Of a stretch of 64,000 bases of DNA, positions 12,218 through 21,123 are shown piece by piece; positions within the stretch are counted from its first letter, which is position 1, and every line of letters begins with the position of its first letter. Below the pieces are notes generated by a model. It was given only the letters and a program-made list of their open reading frames with translations. It made no database searches and had not been told where the DNA came from. The DNA comes from an uncultured Acidobacteriota bacterium (GTDB lineage: Bacteria; Acidobacteriota; Thermoanaerobaculia; UBA5066): contig CAVZYA010000002.1 of NCBI GenBank assembly GCA_963779415.1, positions 1,280,001 through 1,344,000 of the forward strand, given 5' to 3'. The position numbers and the translations under genes were made by a program.

Positions 12218-12322
12218 TCAGGCCACCGACTCGAGGTGCAGCCGGCCTTCGGCTTTTTCGATTCCGGGGTTGCAGCTCAAACGGACGGTGAAGGTCGCGC
12301 CTTCGGCCGGAATCTCGGACAT
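12218..12322 (-). CDS. 34-aa ORF MSEIPAEGATFTVRLSCNPGIEKAEGRLHLESVA, homologous to the C-terminus of 12386..12808
   Basis: AAGGAGG RBS 5 nt before ATG; shared pattern EG-T-T--L---PG-E--E--LH with the upstream gene. Confidence 0.5.
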   Translation of the reverse strand: MSEIPAEGATFTVRLSCNPGIEKAEGRLHLESVA

Positions 12323-12385
12323 GGAGCCCTCCTTCGCCTTGGGAGTGCGATGGCGGGCCCTGAATTGACCTCCGCGCCGGGCGGG

Positions 12386-12808
12386 TCAGGCGCGCGGCGC
12401 GATGTGGAGGGTGGCCTCGGTCTCTTCGGTGCCGGGGGCGAATCGAAGCTGGAGGGTGAGGGTCTCGCCTTCCGGGGAGAGGCCCGGGAGGGCGATGCGG
12501 AGGGGGAGGAGGAACCCTCGTCCGGCATCGAGCCTCGTCGGGGGGGAAAGCATGATGAGCTGACGGGTCTGGCGGGACCGCTCGGCGCCGGAGGCGTCGA
12601 TGACGAGCGCTTCCAGGAGCGGGCCGTTCGCGATCGTGGCGTTCCACGGGACGTCGCTGCGGTTCCGGATCTCGAGGTGGAGGAGGGCACCTCCGCCGGT
12701 ACTCGCAACGTCTTCGACGTAAAGGGTCTCCGGGACACGGAGGCTGATCGAGAGCGGCAGATATGGCCGTGCCGCCGACGCGGCCCTGCGGTCCCACAGG
12801 GCGGTCAT
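12386..12808 (-). CDS. 140-aa beta-rich Ig-like protein, possibly BsuPI (intracellular proteinase inhibitor)-like
   Basis: GGAG RBS; LHLEIRNRSDVPWNATIANGPLLEALVIDASGAE resembles the BsuPI pattern (judged by eye only). Confidence 0.6.
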   Translation of the reverse strand: MTALWDRRAASAARPYLPLSISLRVPETLYVEDVASTGGGALLHLEIRNRSDVPWNATIANGPLLEALVIDASGAERSRQTRQLIMLSPPTRLDAGRGFLLPLRIALPGLSPEGETLTLQLRFAPGTEETEATLHIAPRA

Positions 12809-12929
12809 CGAGGCGTCTCCGCGTTCACGGATCTATGGCTCTCGGTCCGTTTCTTCGACATGAGTCTCAGTCGCACGGGCACAAATCCCCCCGCGCGCGA
12901 TTCTCTTCACGCTTCAGCTCTGTTACGCC

Positions 12930-13085
12930 TCAGCCGACCGGAACGAGGCCGCTTCCCGTCGAGCCGACCGGAACGAGGCCGCTTCCCGTCGAGCCGACCG
13001 GAACGAGGCCGCTTCCCGTCGAGTAGTTGAAAAAGCCGCCGAAGTTCCAGAACAGGTTCAGAAATGCGCCGAAGAAACCGATCAT
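12930..13085 (-). CDS. 51-aa repeat peptide MIGFFGAFLNLFWNFGGFFNY(STGSGLVPVG)3; candidate signalling propeptide
   Basis: GAGGAGG RBS 4 nt before ATG 13085; three in-frame identical decapeptides end exactly at TGA (12930-12932); below the ORF-track size cutoff. Confidence 0.85.
   Translation of the reverse strand: MIGFFGAFLNLFWNFGGFFNYSTGSGLVPVGSTGSGLVPVGSTGSGLVPVG
12933..13022. repeat. Perfect 30-bp tandem repeat x3 (gccgaccggaacgaggccgcttcccgtcga)
   Basis: Directly visible; no spacers; unit length is a multiple of 3 and lies within the peptide ORF. Confidence 0.98.
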
Positions 13086-13257
13086 AGATCCTCCTCTTGA
13101 AGGTCTTTCACGGCCCTTCGTCCGGAACGAAGGGACTGATGTGGCCTTCTAATGACTCAGACGGCGGCCATCGCAAGTTTGACCCCCTCTATGCGGGGGA
13201 GATGTCGAAAACCTGAAGGCTGCCTTAGAAGGCGGCCAAAAAAAGCTGAAAAAAAAG

Positions 13258-14673
13258 TTAGCTGGCCAGCCGAAGCGGACAGTATTCGCGCTGGACGCCG
13301 TTGGCTTCGTCCTCGAGATACGCCCTGACGTGAGCGACGAGGTCGGCGTCGACGGCGCCCTGGTCGAGGCAGGAGAAGAGTTCCTCGATGGCCGCGGACT
13401 GGCGGAACGGGCTCTCGCTTCGCTGGCCTCGCAGGACGAGAACCATCTCGAACATCTCGTCCTCGCGGCCCAGGCGGCCGAGGCATTCGGCAACGAAGAG
13501 GTCCGAGATGAAGGCTTGGGCCGCCCAGCCCAACGCGCGCTCGTCCCTTGCGATCTCTTCGTAGGACTTCAGAGCGCGTGTGAACTCTCCCCGCATCATG
13601 TCGATCTGGGCGAGGCCGACGCGAATCTGTGTCAGGTGCGCCCTAGATCCGAGTTTTCGGGCCATCCCCAGCGCGCGCGCGAAGCTCGCCTTCGCTTCAT
13701 CGAAGCGCCCGAGACGGGAGAGCGAAATTCCCCGGTTGTTGAGCGTCGCCGTCAGCGGGCGCGCGTCTTCAACTGGATCCAGTAACTCGATCGCGTGATC
13801 GAGATAGGGCAGGGCGCGCTTTTCGTCGCCGCGCTGCACGTACAGCAACCCGAGAGCCGATTCGGCCCGACCCATCAGGCTGTCCTGGCCGAATTCGGCG
13901 AAGACCTTGAGAGCTTTCTTCAGGAGCCGCTCGCCCGCGACGTAGTCCTTGGCGAAGCTGGCCGCCGAGCCTTCATAGTAGTCGGCGAGAGCGAGGGAGA
14001 AGCCCGGGTCGCCAGCAGCCCGGAACTTCTCGCGAGCATCCGTCGCGGCGACGCGCGCCTCGAGGGGATAGCCGAGCATGTTCTGCGCCTGCGATTCGAG
14101 CAGCTTCGCCTCGGCCTGGACGGTCTCGCGCGGGGCAGGAGTGGCGAGGCGGGTGTCGAGGTTTGCGTCCATCAGGGACTGCGCTTCGTCGTAGACGCGA
14201 CGCGAAAGCTCGAGGGCGCGGAGCGGGTCCTGCGGCACCAGGGCGTTCGCCTTCTGGCAGGCGTAAAGAAGCGCGAAGCCGCGGGAGGGGTTGCCGTAGA
14301 GGGCGCGGAGGGCCGCGTCGAGGGCGTCATCGCTTTCGCGGGCGGCAGCGACGATCTCCTCGGCCAGCCCGTCGGCGGCGGAGGCGCTGCGGTAGATCTC
14401 GTCGAGCTTGGGAACGCGCGGCTGGAAGGCGACGGTCTTTCCGCCGAAGTCGGGGATGGCGGGAAGGTCGTCTCCCTCGAGAATGGCGTCGAAGGCCTCT
14501 TCCTCGCGGACGGCCTCCACCAGCTCGCCCAGCTCCCGGAGCCGGACGTCGCAGAGGCGGCACCCTTCGGAGAGGTGCTTGCGGCACTCGTCCAGCCCTT
14601 CGGCCTCCCGCCCGGCGGCGAGGTTCAGAAGGTCCGCCTCGCTGGGGTGGCTCGCCGAGACTAGACGAGGCAT
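13258..14673 (-). CDS. Zinc-finger anti-sigma domain + single TPR-module protein (471 aa)
   Basis: Start [12 protein letters not shown] parallels the paralog's [12 protein letters not shown]; HLSEGCRLC zinc motif; TPR helices; overlaps the stop of sigma 2. Confidence 0.88.
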   Translation of the reverse strand: MPRLVSASHPSEADLLNLAAGREAEGLDECRKHLSEGCRLCDVRLRELGELVEAVREEEAFDAILEGDDLPAIPDFGGKTVAFQPRVPKLDEIYRSASAADGLAEEIVAAARESDDALDAALRALYGNPSRGFALLYACQKANALVPQDPLRALELSRRVYDEAQSLMDANLDTRLATPAPRETVQAEAKLLESQAQNMLGYPLEARVAATDAREKFRAAGDPGFSLALADYYEGSAASFAKDYVAGERLLKKALKVFAEFGQDSLMGRAESALGLLYVQRGDEKRALPYLDHAIELLDPVEDARPLTATLNNRGISLSRLGRFDEAKASFARALGMARKLGSRAHLTQIRVGLAQIDMMRGEFTRALKSYEEIARDERALGWAAQAFISDLFVAECLGRLGREDEMFEMVLVLRGQRSESPFRQSAAIEELFSCLDQGAVDADLVAHVRAYLEDEANGVQREYCPLRLAS

Positions 14674-15245
14674 TGCCGCATCCTCTTCAGGCATTCCTGA
14701 ACGCGCTTCCAGATCGTCTTCGACGAGTAGCCCGCCTTCTCGGCCGTCTCGGCCAGGGAACACTCGTCGACGCAGTAGCAGCGGATCACCTTCTGGCACT
14801 TGTCGCCGATCCGGCGGAAGGCGCCGGTGACGGCGTTGATCTTCCGGATCTTTTCGGCCTGCCGCTCGCGCTCCTCGGGATCGTAGATGGCGCTGCGGTA
14901 GATCCCGTCGGGGTCGAGTTCCGTCGTCCGGGCGCGGTTGCGCGTGCGCGCCTCGGCGACGTTCTGCGCCTGATGGAGGAACGCCGCGCGGAGGTAGGCC
15001 TTCGGGTCGCGGACGCGCGGGCTCTGCGCGATGACCTTGAGGAAGACGCTCTGGGCGGCGTCCTCGCATTCCTCGCGCGTCAGGCCGAAGCGGACGATGC
15101 CGGCGGCGATGAGACGCGGCCGATAGTGGGAGTTCAGCTCCTCCCAGTTCCACTGGGCGGGGACAGAGGTTCTCAGAGGACCGGTGAGGCCATAGCCTCC
15201 GGATCCCTGCACCTCGGGACGGGTCTCTTCGAACTTGCGAGACAT
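14661..15245 (-). CDS. ECF RNA polymerase sigma factor (paralog 2)
   Basis: [13 protein letters not shown] (region 2), [37 protein letters not shown] (region 4); start placed downstream of the sigma70-like promoter. Confidence 0.88.
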   Translation of the reverse strand: MSRKFEETRPEVQGSGGYGLTGPLRTSVPAQWNWEELNSHYRPRLIAAGIVRFGLTREECEDAAQSVFLKVIAQSPRVRDPKAYLRAAFLHQAQNVAEARTRNRARTTELDPDGIYRSAIYDPEERERQAEKIRKINAVTGAFRRIGDKCQKVIRCYCVDECSLAETAEKAGYSSKTIWKRVQECLKRMRQCLV

Positions 15246-15270
15246 CCCTATATCTGGACCTGCCGTGTGA

Positions 15271-15300
15271 AGCATATCTCCCTGTTTTTTCAAGAGTCAA
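15271..15300 (-). promoter_or_regulatory. Sigma70-like promoter TTGACT-N18-TATGCT for the sigma 2 operon
   Basis: Reverse complement of agtcaa (15295-15300) and agcata (15271-15276), in an AT-rich patch. Confidence 0.55.
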
Positions 15301-15371
15301 TAGGGAAAAGAAGGGGTACCCCCGGCCCGCCGGATGGGGGAGGATTCGCCCTCGAGAGGGAGCACGACGTC

Positions 15372-18179
15372 ATGAGCAGCAAGCAGAAGTTCGTCTACTC
15401 CTTCGGCGGGGGGACCGCCGAGGGAAGGGGGGAGCAGAAGGCCCTCCTCGGCGGAAAAGGGGCGAATCTGGCGGAAATGGCCCGGCTGGGCCTCCCCGTC
15501 CCGCCCGGCTTCACGATCACGACCGAGGTCTGTACCTGGTTCTACGACCACGGGAAGGCCTACCCGAAGGGGCTGGACCGCGAGGTGGCGGGCCACCTTG
15601 CCCGGGTCGAGAGTCAGCTCGGCCGGAAGTTCGGCGACGCCGAGCATCCGCTCCTCGTCTCGGTCCGGTCCGGGGCGCGCGCCTCGATGCCGGGGATGAT
15701 GGACACGATCCTGAACCTCGGCCTGAACGACCGGACGGTGGAGGGGCTGGCGAAGGGGTCGAAGGACGCTCGCTTCGCCTGGGACTGCTACCGCCGGTTC
15801 GTCTCGATGTACGGCGACGTCGTCATGGGGCTGAAGCCCGTCGACAAGAGGGAGCGCGATCCCTTCGAGGTGATCCTCGAGAAGAAGAAGCACGCCCGCG
15901 GCGTGAAGCTGGACGTAGACCTGCCGGCCGACGCCCTGAAGGAGCTGGTCCGCGAGTTCAAGGCGGAGATCCGGAAGCGGACGGGGCAGCCGTTCCCCGA
16001 CGACCCGATGGAGCAGCTCTGGGGCGCCATCGGTGCCGTCTTCGGCTCGTGGATGAACGAGCGGGCCATCGTCTACCGGCAGCTCAACGGCATCCCGTCC
16101 GATTGGGGAACGGCCGTCAGCGTCCAGTCGATGGTCTTCGGAAACCTCGGCGACGACTGCGGCACGGGCGTCGCGTTCACACGCGACCCGGCCACCGGCG
16201 AGGACGTCTTCTATGGCGAGTACCTGATCAACGCACAGGGGGAGGACGTCGTGGCGGGGGTCCGGACCCCGCAGAGGATCGCGACGCTGAAGGAGCGGAT
16301 GCCGGCCATCTACCGTCAGCTCCTCGAGATCCGTAAGACCCTCGAGAGCCACTATCGCGACATGCAGGACATCGAGTTCACGGTCGAGCGCGGGAAGCTC
16401 TTCATGCTCCAGACGCGGACCGGGAAGCGGACCGGCTTCGCCGAGGTCCGGATCGCCGTCGAGATGGCCGACCGGAAGCTGATAACCCCCGAGGAGGCCG
16501 TCCTCCGCGTGAACCCCGACTCCCTGAACCAGCTTCTCCGGCCGATCTTCGACCCGGCGAAGAAGCGCGAGGCGATCGAGGGAGGGAAGTTCCTCGCCCG
16601 CGGCCTGAATGCCGGGCCGGGCGCGGCCTCGGGGCGGATCGTCTTCACGGCCCTCGACGCCTTCGAGTGGGCCGCCCGCGGCGAGAAGGTGCTCCTGGTC
16701 CGCGAGGAGACGAGCCCCGAGGACATCAAGGGGATGAACGCCGCGGAAGGGATCCTGACCGCCCGCGGCGGGATGACGTCGCACGCCGCGCTCGTCGGCC
16801 GGCAGATGGGGAAGGTCTGCGTCGTCGGCTGCGAGGCGATCCACGTCGACGCGCGCGCCCGGACGATGACGGTGAAGGAGAAGACGTTCAAGGAAGGAGA
16901 CTGGCTCTCCCTCGACGGGACGACGGGCGAGGTGCTGGAAGGAAAGCTCGCCACGATGCCTTCGGAGGTGCTTCAGGTCGTCCTCGAGAAGTCGCTCGAC
17001 CCGAAGAAGAGCCACGTCTACCGCCTCTACGCGAAGCTGATGGGGTGGGCCGACGCCGCGCGCCGGATGAAGGTCCGCGCGAACGCCGACCAGCCCGACC
17101 AGGCCAGAAACGCCGTCGCCTTCGGGGGAGAGGGGATCGGCCTCTGCCGGACGGAGCACATGTTCTTCGGCGAAGGGCGGATCGTCGCCATGCGCGAGAT
17201 GATCCTCGCCGACTCGGTCGCCGAGCGGGAGAAGGCGCTCGCGAAGATCCTTCCGATGCAGCGCGAGGACTTCATCGGCATCTTCCGGGCGATGGGGCCA
17301 AGGCCGGTGACGATCCGGACGCTCGACCCGCCACTCCACGAGTTCCTTCCGCACACGCCCGCCGAGCAGGAAGAGGTCGCCAGGCAGGCCGGCGTCCCGG
17401 TGGAGAAGGTGGCCCGGAAGGTGGCCGACCTGCACGAGATGAACCCGATGCTGGGGCATCGTGGCTGCCGGCTCGGGATCACCTTCCCGGAGATCACGAG
17501 GATGCAGGCGCGCGCCATTCTCGAGGCGGCCTGCCGCGTCCGGAAGGAGAAGATCGCCGCGACGCCGGAGATCATGATCCCGCTCGTCAGTCACGTCCGC
17601 GAGCTGGAGGACCAGGCGCAGATCGTCCGGGACGTGGCGGAGGAGGTCTTCAAGGCGGAGGGGATCAGGGTCCCCTACCTCGTCGGGACGATGATCGAGC
17701 TGCCGCGCGCGGCCGTGACGGCCGACGAGATCGCGACGGCGGCCGAGTTCTTCAGCTTCGGGACGAACGACCTGACGCAGACGACGTTCGGCCTTTCGCG
17801 CGACGACGCGGGGAAGTTCCTCCCCGAGTACGTCAAGCGGGAGATCCTCCCCTTTGACCCGTTCGAGAAGCTGGACCAGGGGGGCGTCGGGAAGCTGATG
17901 GCGTGGGGCGTCACCTGGGGACGCGTCACGCGGCCGAACCTGAAGGTGGGGATCTGCGGCGAGCACGGCGGCGAGCCTTCGAGCGTGGAGTTCTGCCACC
18001 GGACGAAGCTCGACTACGTCTCCTGCTCGCCGTTCCGGATCCCGATCGCCCGCCTCGCGGCGGCGCAGGGAGCGCTGAAGGAGAAGGCGGCGGAGAAAGC
18101 CGCGAAGAAACCCGCGAAGAAGAACGCGAAGAAGGCGGCGAAGAAGGCCGCCAAGGGGAAGGCCGGACGCAAGCGATAG
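15372..18179 (+). CDS. ppdK: Pyruvate, phosphate dikinase with Lys/Ala-rich C-terminal tail
   Basis: [36 protein letters not shown] phospho-His motif, [19 protein letters not shown]. Confidence 0.97.
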   Translation: MSSKQKFVYSFGGGTAEGRGEQKALLGGKGANLAEMARLGLPVPPGFTITTEVCTWFYDHGKAYPKGLDREVAGHLARVESQLGRKFGDAEHPLLVSVRSGARASMPGMMDTILNLGLNDRTVEGLAKGSKDARFAWDCYRRFVSMYGDVVMGLKPVDKRERDPFEVILEKKKHARGVKLDVDLPADALKELVREFKAEIRKRTGQPFPDDPMEQLWGAIGAVFGSWMNERAIVYRQLNGIPSDWGTAVSVQSMVFGNLGDDCGTGVAFTRDPATGEDVFYGEYLINAQGEDVVAGVRTPQRIATLKERMPAIYRQLLEIRKTLESHYRDMQDIEFTVERGKLFMLQTRTGKRTGFAEVRIAVEMADRKLITPEEAVLRVNPDSLNQLLRPIFDPAKKREAIEGGKFLARGLNAGPGAASGRIVFTALDAFEWAARGEKVLLVREETSPEDIKGMNAAEGILTARGGMTSHAALVGRQMGKVCVVGCEAIHVDARARTMTVKEKTFKEGDWLSLDGTTGEVLEGKLATMPSEVLQVVLEKSLDPKKSHVYRLYAKLMGWADAARRMKVRANADQPDQARNAVAFGGEGIGLCRTEHMFFGEGRIVAMREMILADSVAEREKALAKILPMQREDFIGIFRAMGPRPVTIRTLDPPLHEFLPHTPAEQEEVARQAGVPVEKVARKVADLHEMNPMLGHRGCRLGITFPEITRMQARAILEAACRVRKEKIAATPEIMIPLVSHVRELEDQAQIVRDVAEEVFKAEGIRVPYLVGTMIELPRAAVTADEIATAAEFFSFGTNDLTQTTFGLSRDDAGKFLPEYVKREILPFDPFEKLDQGGVGKLMAWGVTWGRVTRPNLKVGICGEHGGEPSSVEFCHRTKLDYVSCSPFRIPIARLAAAQGALKEKAAEKAAKKPAKKNAKKAAKKAAKGKAGRKR

Positions 18180-18271
18180 GGCACCTTCCCGCCGGGGCGG
18201 CCGCGCGTGTCGCGGCCGCTCTCTTCCTTCTCACCTCGGGGGCGGCGAGCGGAGAGGATCCCGCCGCTCTC

Positions 18272-19456
18272 GTGATGGAAGTCAGCCTCGCCGGGACGCC
18301 GCTCGGGCTCGTCTCGATCGCCCGCGCCGACCTCGTGGAGCGGGCCCCCTTCGTCTACGTCTCGGGCGACCGGCGCCGGCTCGACGTCGAGCGGCTGCCG
18401 GACCCCCATCGCGAAAGGCTCCGTCTCGCCTTCGGGGGGCGGGAGCTTCGGGCCGTCTTCCTCTCCGAGTACGCCGTGACGGGGTACGGCGTCCCCGTCC
18501 TCCTCTTCTCGGACGAGCGGAGCTTCGCCTTGACCGATCCGGGGCCGGGAGGAAAGGACCTCAAGAGGTCGCGCGCCGCGGCGGCCGCCGCCGCATGGCA
18601 GTGGGCCGAGAGCGAGGTCCCCGGCGTCCTCCCGCTCGCGGCCGAGGCACGAGACCTCCTCGCGGCGCTCCGCGCCCGGACGCTCGAGGGGCTCACCCTC
18701 CCGGGGAACTACGCTCTTCGCCCGTCGCCACTCGACCTGATCGGCTTCCTCATCGGACCGCCGCGGCTCCTCGACTTCCGCACCCTGTCGGCAGACCTCC
18801 TTCCCTTCGCGCCGGCGGCCGAGATCCTCGCGGCGCGTCCGGAGATCCGCGAAGGGGCTCTCCGGGCGCCGCCGCCGGAGAGCTGGCACGGGACGGTCTC
18901 CGGCGGGAAGGGAGAGGACCTCGGCGACGTGAGCGTCGAGCGGGAGGAATCGCGAAGCGAGAGCCGCGTCGTGGCGGCTTGGGGAAAGGGCTCGCTTTCG
19001 CAGGTGCTCCGGATGAGCCTCGACGACGACGGAGTCGTCCGGCTGACGCTTGAGCGGACGGCGAAGGGGAAGACGGCCGTCCTCGCGGCCGTGGAGACGG
19101 TGCCGGCCGGAAGCGGAAGCCTCTGGTGCGCTCCGTGGCTCGTCGAGGACGCGGAAGAGCACCGGGTTCCGACGCTCGTTCCTCCCGAGCCCGCAGCCGA
19201 GACGCAGCGGGCGAGGGTCCGTTTCCTCGATGCCCTGTCGGCAGCCCTCCGCCACGACGGTCTGCCGGGGATCGAGGCCGATCGTCTCGTCTGGCGCTGG
19301 CACCGGCTTCTCGACTCAGAGCCTCTTCGCGCGCTGGTCCCCGAGCTTTCGGGCCTCGCGGATCTTCTCGCCTACGTCCCCGCCCCGTACTTCGGAAAGG
19401 GCGACGAGAGCGCGTGGCTCGGCGCCGTCGCGGTGGAAGCGTCACCCCGTCAGTAA
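18272..19456 (+). CDS. Hypothetical protein, possibly secreted; start uncertain
   Basis: Long ORF with host-like codon usage; a signal-peptide-like stretch (RVAAALFLLTSGAASG) lies in frame upstream of the first GTG/ATG. Confidence 0.65.
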   Translation: MMEVSLAGTPLGLVSIARADLVERAPFVYVSGDRRRLDVERLPDPHRERLRLAFGGRELRAVFLSEYAVTGYGVPVLLFSDERSFALTDPGPGGKDLKRSRAAAAAAAWQWAESEVPGVLPLAAEARDLLAALRARTLEGLTLPGNYALRPSPLDLIGFLIGPPRLLDFRTLSADLLPFAPAAEILAARPEIREGALRAPPPESWHGTVSGGKGEDLGDVSVEREESRSESRVVAAWGKGSLSQVLRMSLDDDGVVRLTLERTAKGKTAVLAAVETVPAGSGSLWCAPWLVEDAEEHRVPTLVPPEPAAETQRARVRFLDALSAALRHDGLPGIEADRLVWRWHRLLDSEPLRALVPELSGLADLLAYVPAPYFGKGDESAWLGAVAVEASPRQ

Positions 19457-19540
19457 GAGCACGGCCGCGGCGCTGAGGGCGAGGAGAAGAGCGAAGACGA
19501 TTCTGGAGGTGGGCGGCCGGACCATCTGTGTCTTCTCCAT
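19442..19540 (-). CDS. 32-aa small membrane peptide MEKTQMVRPPTSRIVFALLLALSAAAVLLLTG
   Basis: GAGG upstream of ATG; one hydrophobic helix; fills the intergenic gap. Confidence 0.45.
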   Translation of the reverse strand: MEKTQMVRPPTSRIVFALLLALSAAAVLLLTG

Positions 19541-19635
19541 CGTGAGCGTCCTCGTTACGGCCCATTGCCAGATCCGTGCCGCGGCCCACGCCCCCGAAAT
19601 GGGACGCCGGTCCCGGTCTGGCTTATCGTCCGCAC

Positions 19636-21117
19636 ATGCCGGTACACGGAAAGCAGAAGTCCGACCTCCTGGAGATCGCCCGTCAGGCGATGCTGGACCG
19701 GGGTCTCGACCCCGATTTCCCGAAAGAAGCGATCCGGCAGCTCGATGGAATCGAGGTCCCGGCGCGCGAGGAAGGGGACGGGATCCGCGACCTCCGCTCG
19801 CTCCTCTGGTGCTCCATCGACAACGACGACTCGCGCGACCTCGACCAGCTCACCTTCGCCGAGCCGCTCGGGTCGGGTGCGACGCGCGTCCTCGTGGCGG
19901 TGGCCGACGTCGACGCCGTCGTGAAGAAGGGGACCCCCCTCGACCTCCGGGCCCGGCAGAACACGACGTCCGTCTACACGGGAGCCGCCGTCTTCCCGAT
20001 GCTCCCCGAAAAGCTGTCGTACGACCTCACCTCGCTGAACGAAGGAGAGGAGCGGCTCGCCGTCGTGTCGGAATACGTCGTCGGTGCCGACGGCTCCGTC
20101 GGGACCTCCGCGATCTCGCGCGCGCGTGTCGTGAACAAGGCGAAGCTGGCCTACAACGCCGTCGCGGCGTGGCTCACGGGAGAAGGCCCCGCCCCGGAGC
20201 CGCTCGCGAAGGTCCCGGGGCTCCCCGAGAACCTTCGGGAGCAGGACGCCGCGGCGCAGCGGCTCAAGGAGAGGCGGCACGAGGAAGGGGCTCTCGACTT
20301 CGAGACGCTCGAGCCGCGCGCCGTCTTCTCGAATGACGAGATCTCGGACCTGAAGCTCGACGCGAAGAACCGGGCGCGGGACCTGATCGAGGACTTCATG
20401 ATCGGAGCCAACGGCGTCACGGCGCGCTTCCTCAGGTCGAAGAACGTCGCCTCCCTTCGCCGTGTCGTCCGCTCTCCGGAAAAGTGGCCGCGGATCGTGG
20501 AGCTGGCGGCGGATTTCGGGGACGCGCTCCCCCCGGAGCCCGACTCGAAGGCGCTCGCGGACTTTCTCGCACGAAGACGGAAGGCCGATCCGCTCCGGTT
20601 CCCCGACCTCTCTCTCGTCGTCGTCAAGCTGATGGGAAGGGGGGAGTACGTCGTCGAGTATCCCGGCGCCTCGCCGGTCGGGCATTTCGGCCTCGCCGTC
20701 CTCGACTACACGCATTCGACGGCGCCAAACCGCCGTTACCCGGATCTCATCACGCAGCGGCTCCTGAAGGGCGCTTTGGCGTCGCGTCCCTCGCCCTACG
20801 CGTGGGCCGAGCTGGAGGAGCTGGCCCTCCATTGCACCGAGGAGGAGAACAACGCCGACAAGGTGGAGCGGCAGGTGAGGAAGTCGGCCGCGGCGATGCT
20901 CCTCCAGCATCGGATCGGCGAGTGGTTCGAGGGGGTCGTGACCGGCGCGTCGTCGAAGGGGACGTGGGCGCGGATCTTTCATCCGCCGGTCGAGGGAAAG
21001 GTCGTCGAAGGGTTCGGCGGCCTTCGCGTCGGAGACAAGGTCCGGGTGAAGCTCGTCTCGACCGACGTCGAGCACGGCTTCATCGACTTCGTCCGGAAGA
21101 ACCGCGGACCCTCCTGA
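19636..21117 (+). CDS. RNB-domain exoribonuclease (RNase II/R family) with C-terminal S1-like domain
   Basis: SIDNDDSRDLDQ, LIEDFMIGAN, HFGLAVLDYTHSTAPNRRYPDL. Confidence 0.92.
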   Translation: MPVHGKQKSDLLEIARQAMLDRGLDPDFPKEAIRQLDGIEVPAREEGDGIRDLRSLLWCSIDNDDSRDLDQLTFAEPLGSGATRVLVAVADVDAVVKKGTPLDLRARQNTTSVYTGAAVFPMLPEKLSYDLTSLNEGEERLAVVSEYVVGADGSVGTSAISRARVVNKAKLAYNAVAAWLTGEGPAPEPLAKVPGLPENLREQDAAAQRLKERRHEEGALDFETLEPRAVFSNDEISDLKLDAKNRARDLIEDFMIGANGVTARFLRSKNVASLRRVVRSPEKWPRIVELAADFGDALPPEPDSKALADFLARRRKADPLRFPDLSLVVVKLMGRGEYVVEYPGASPVGHFGLAVLDYTHSTAPNRRYPDLITQRLLKGALASRPSPYAWAELEELALHCTEEENNADKVERQVRKSAAAMLLQHRIGEWFEGVVTGASSKGTWARIFHPPVEGKVVEGFGGLRVGDKVRVKLVSTDVEHGFIDFVRKNRGPS

Positions 21118-21123
21118 CGCCGT

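Noticed and set aside
12933-13022. 30-bp repeats as a mini CRISPR array
   Set aside because: The copies are directly adjacent with no spacers, no cas genes are present, and the repeat is explained by an in-frame peptide.
14674-15300. 680-aa version of the TPR protein, or a sigma-TPR fusion
   Set aside because: The upstream part is an Arg-rich alternate frame of sigma 2; the paralog supports the MPR start at 14673.
14163-15371. 400-aa N-terminal extension of PPDK in the ORF track
   Set aside because: It is antisense to the sigma/TPR genes; PPDK homology begins at ATG 15372.
19815-19850. RNB motif DLDQ as evidence of an inactive nuclease
   Set aside because: The other three acidic residues are retained; inactivity cannot be claimed from one substitution.
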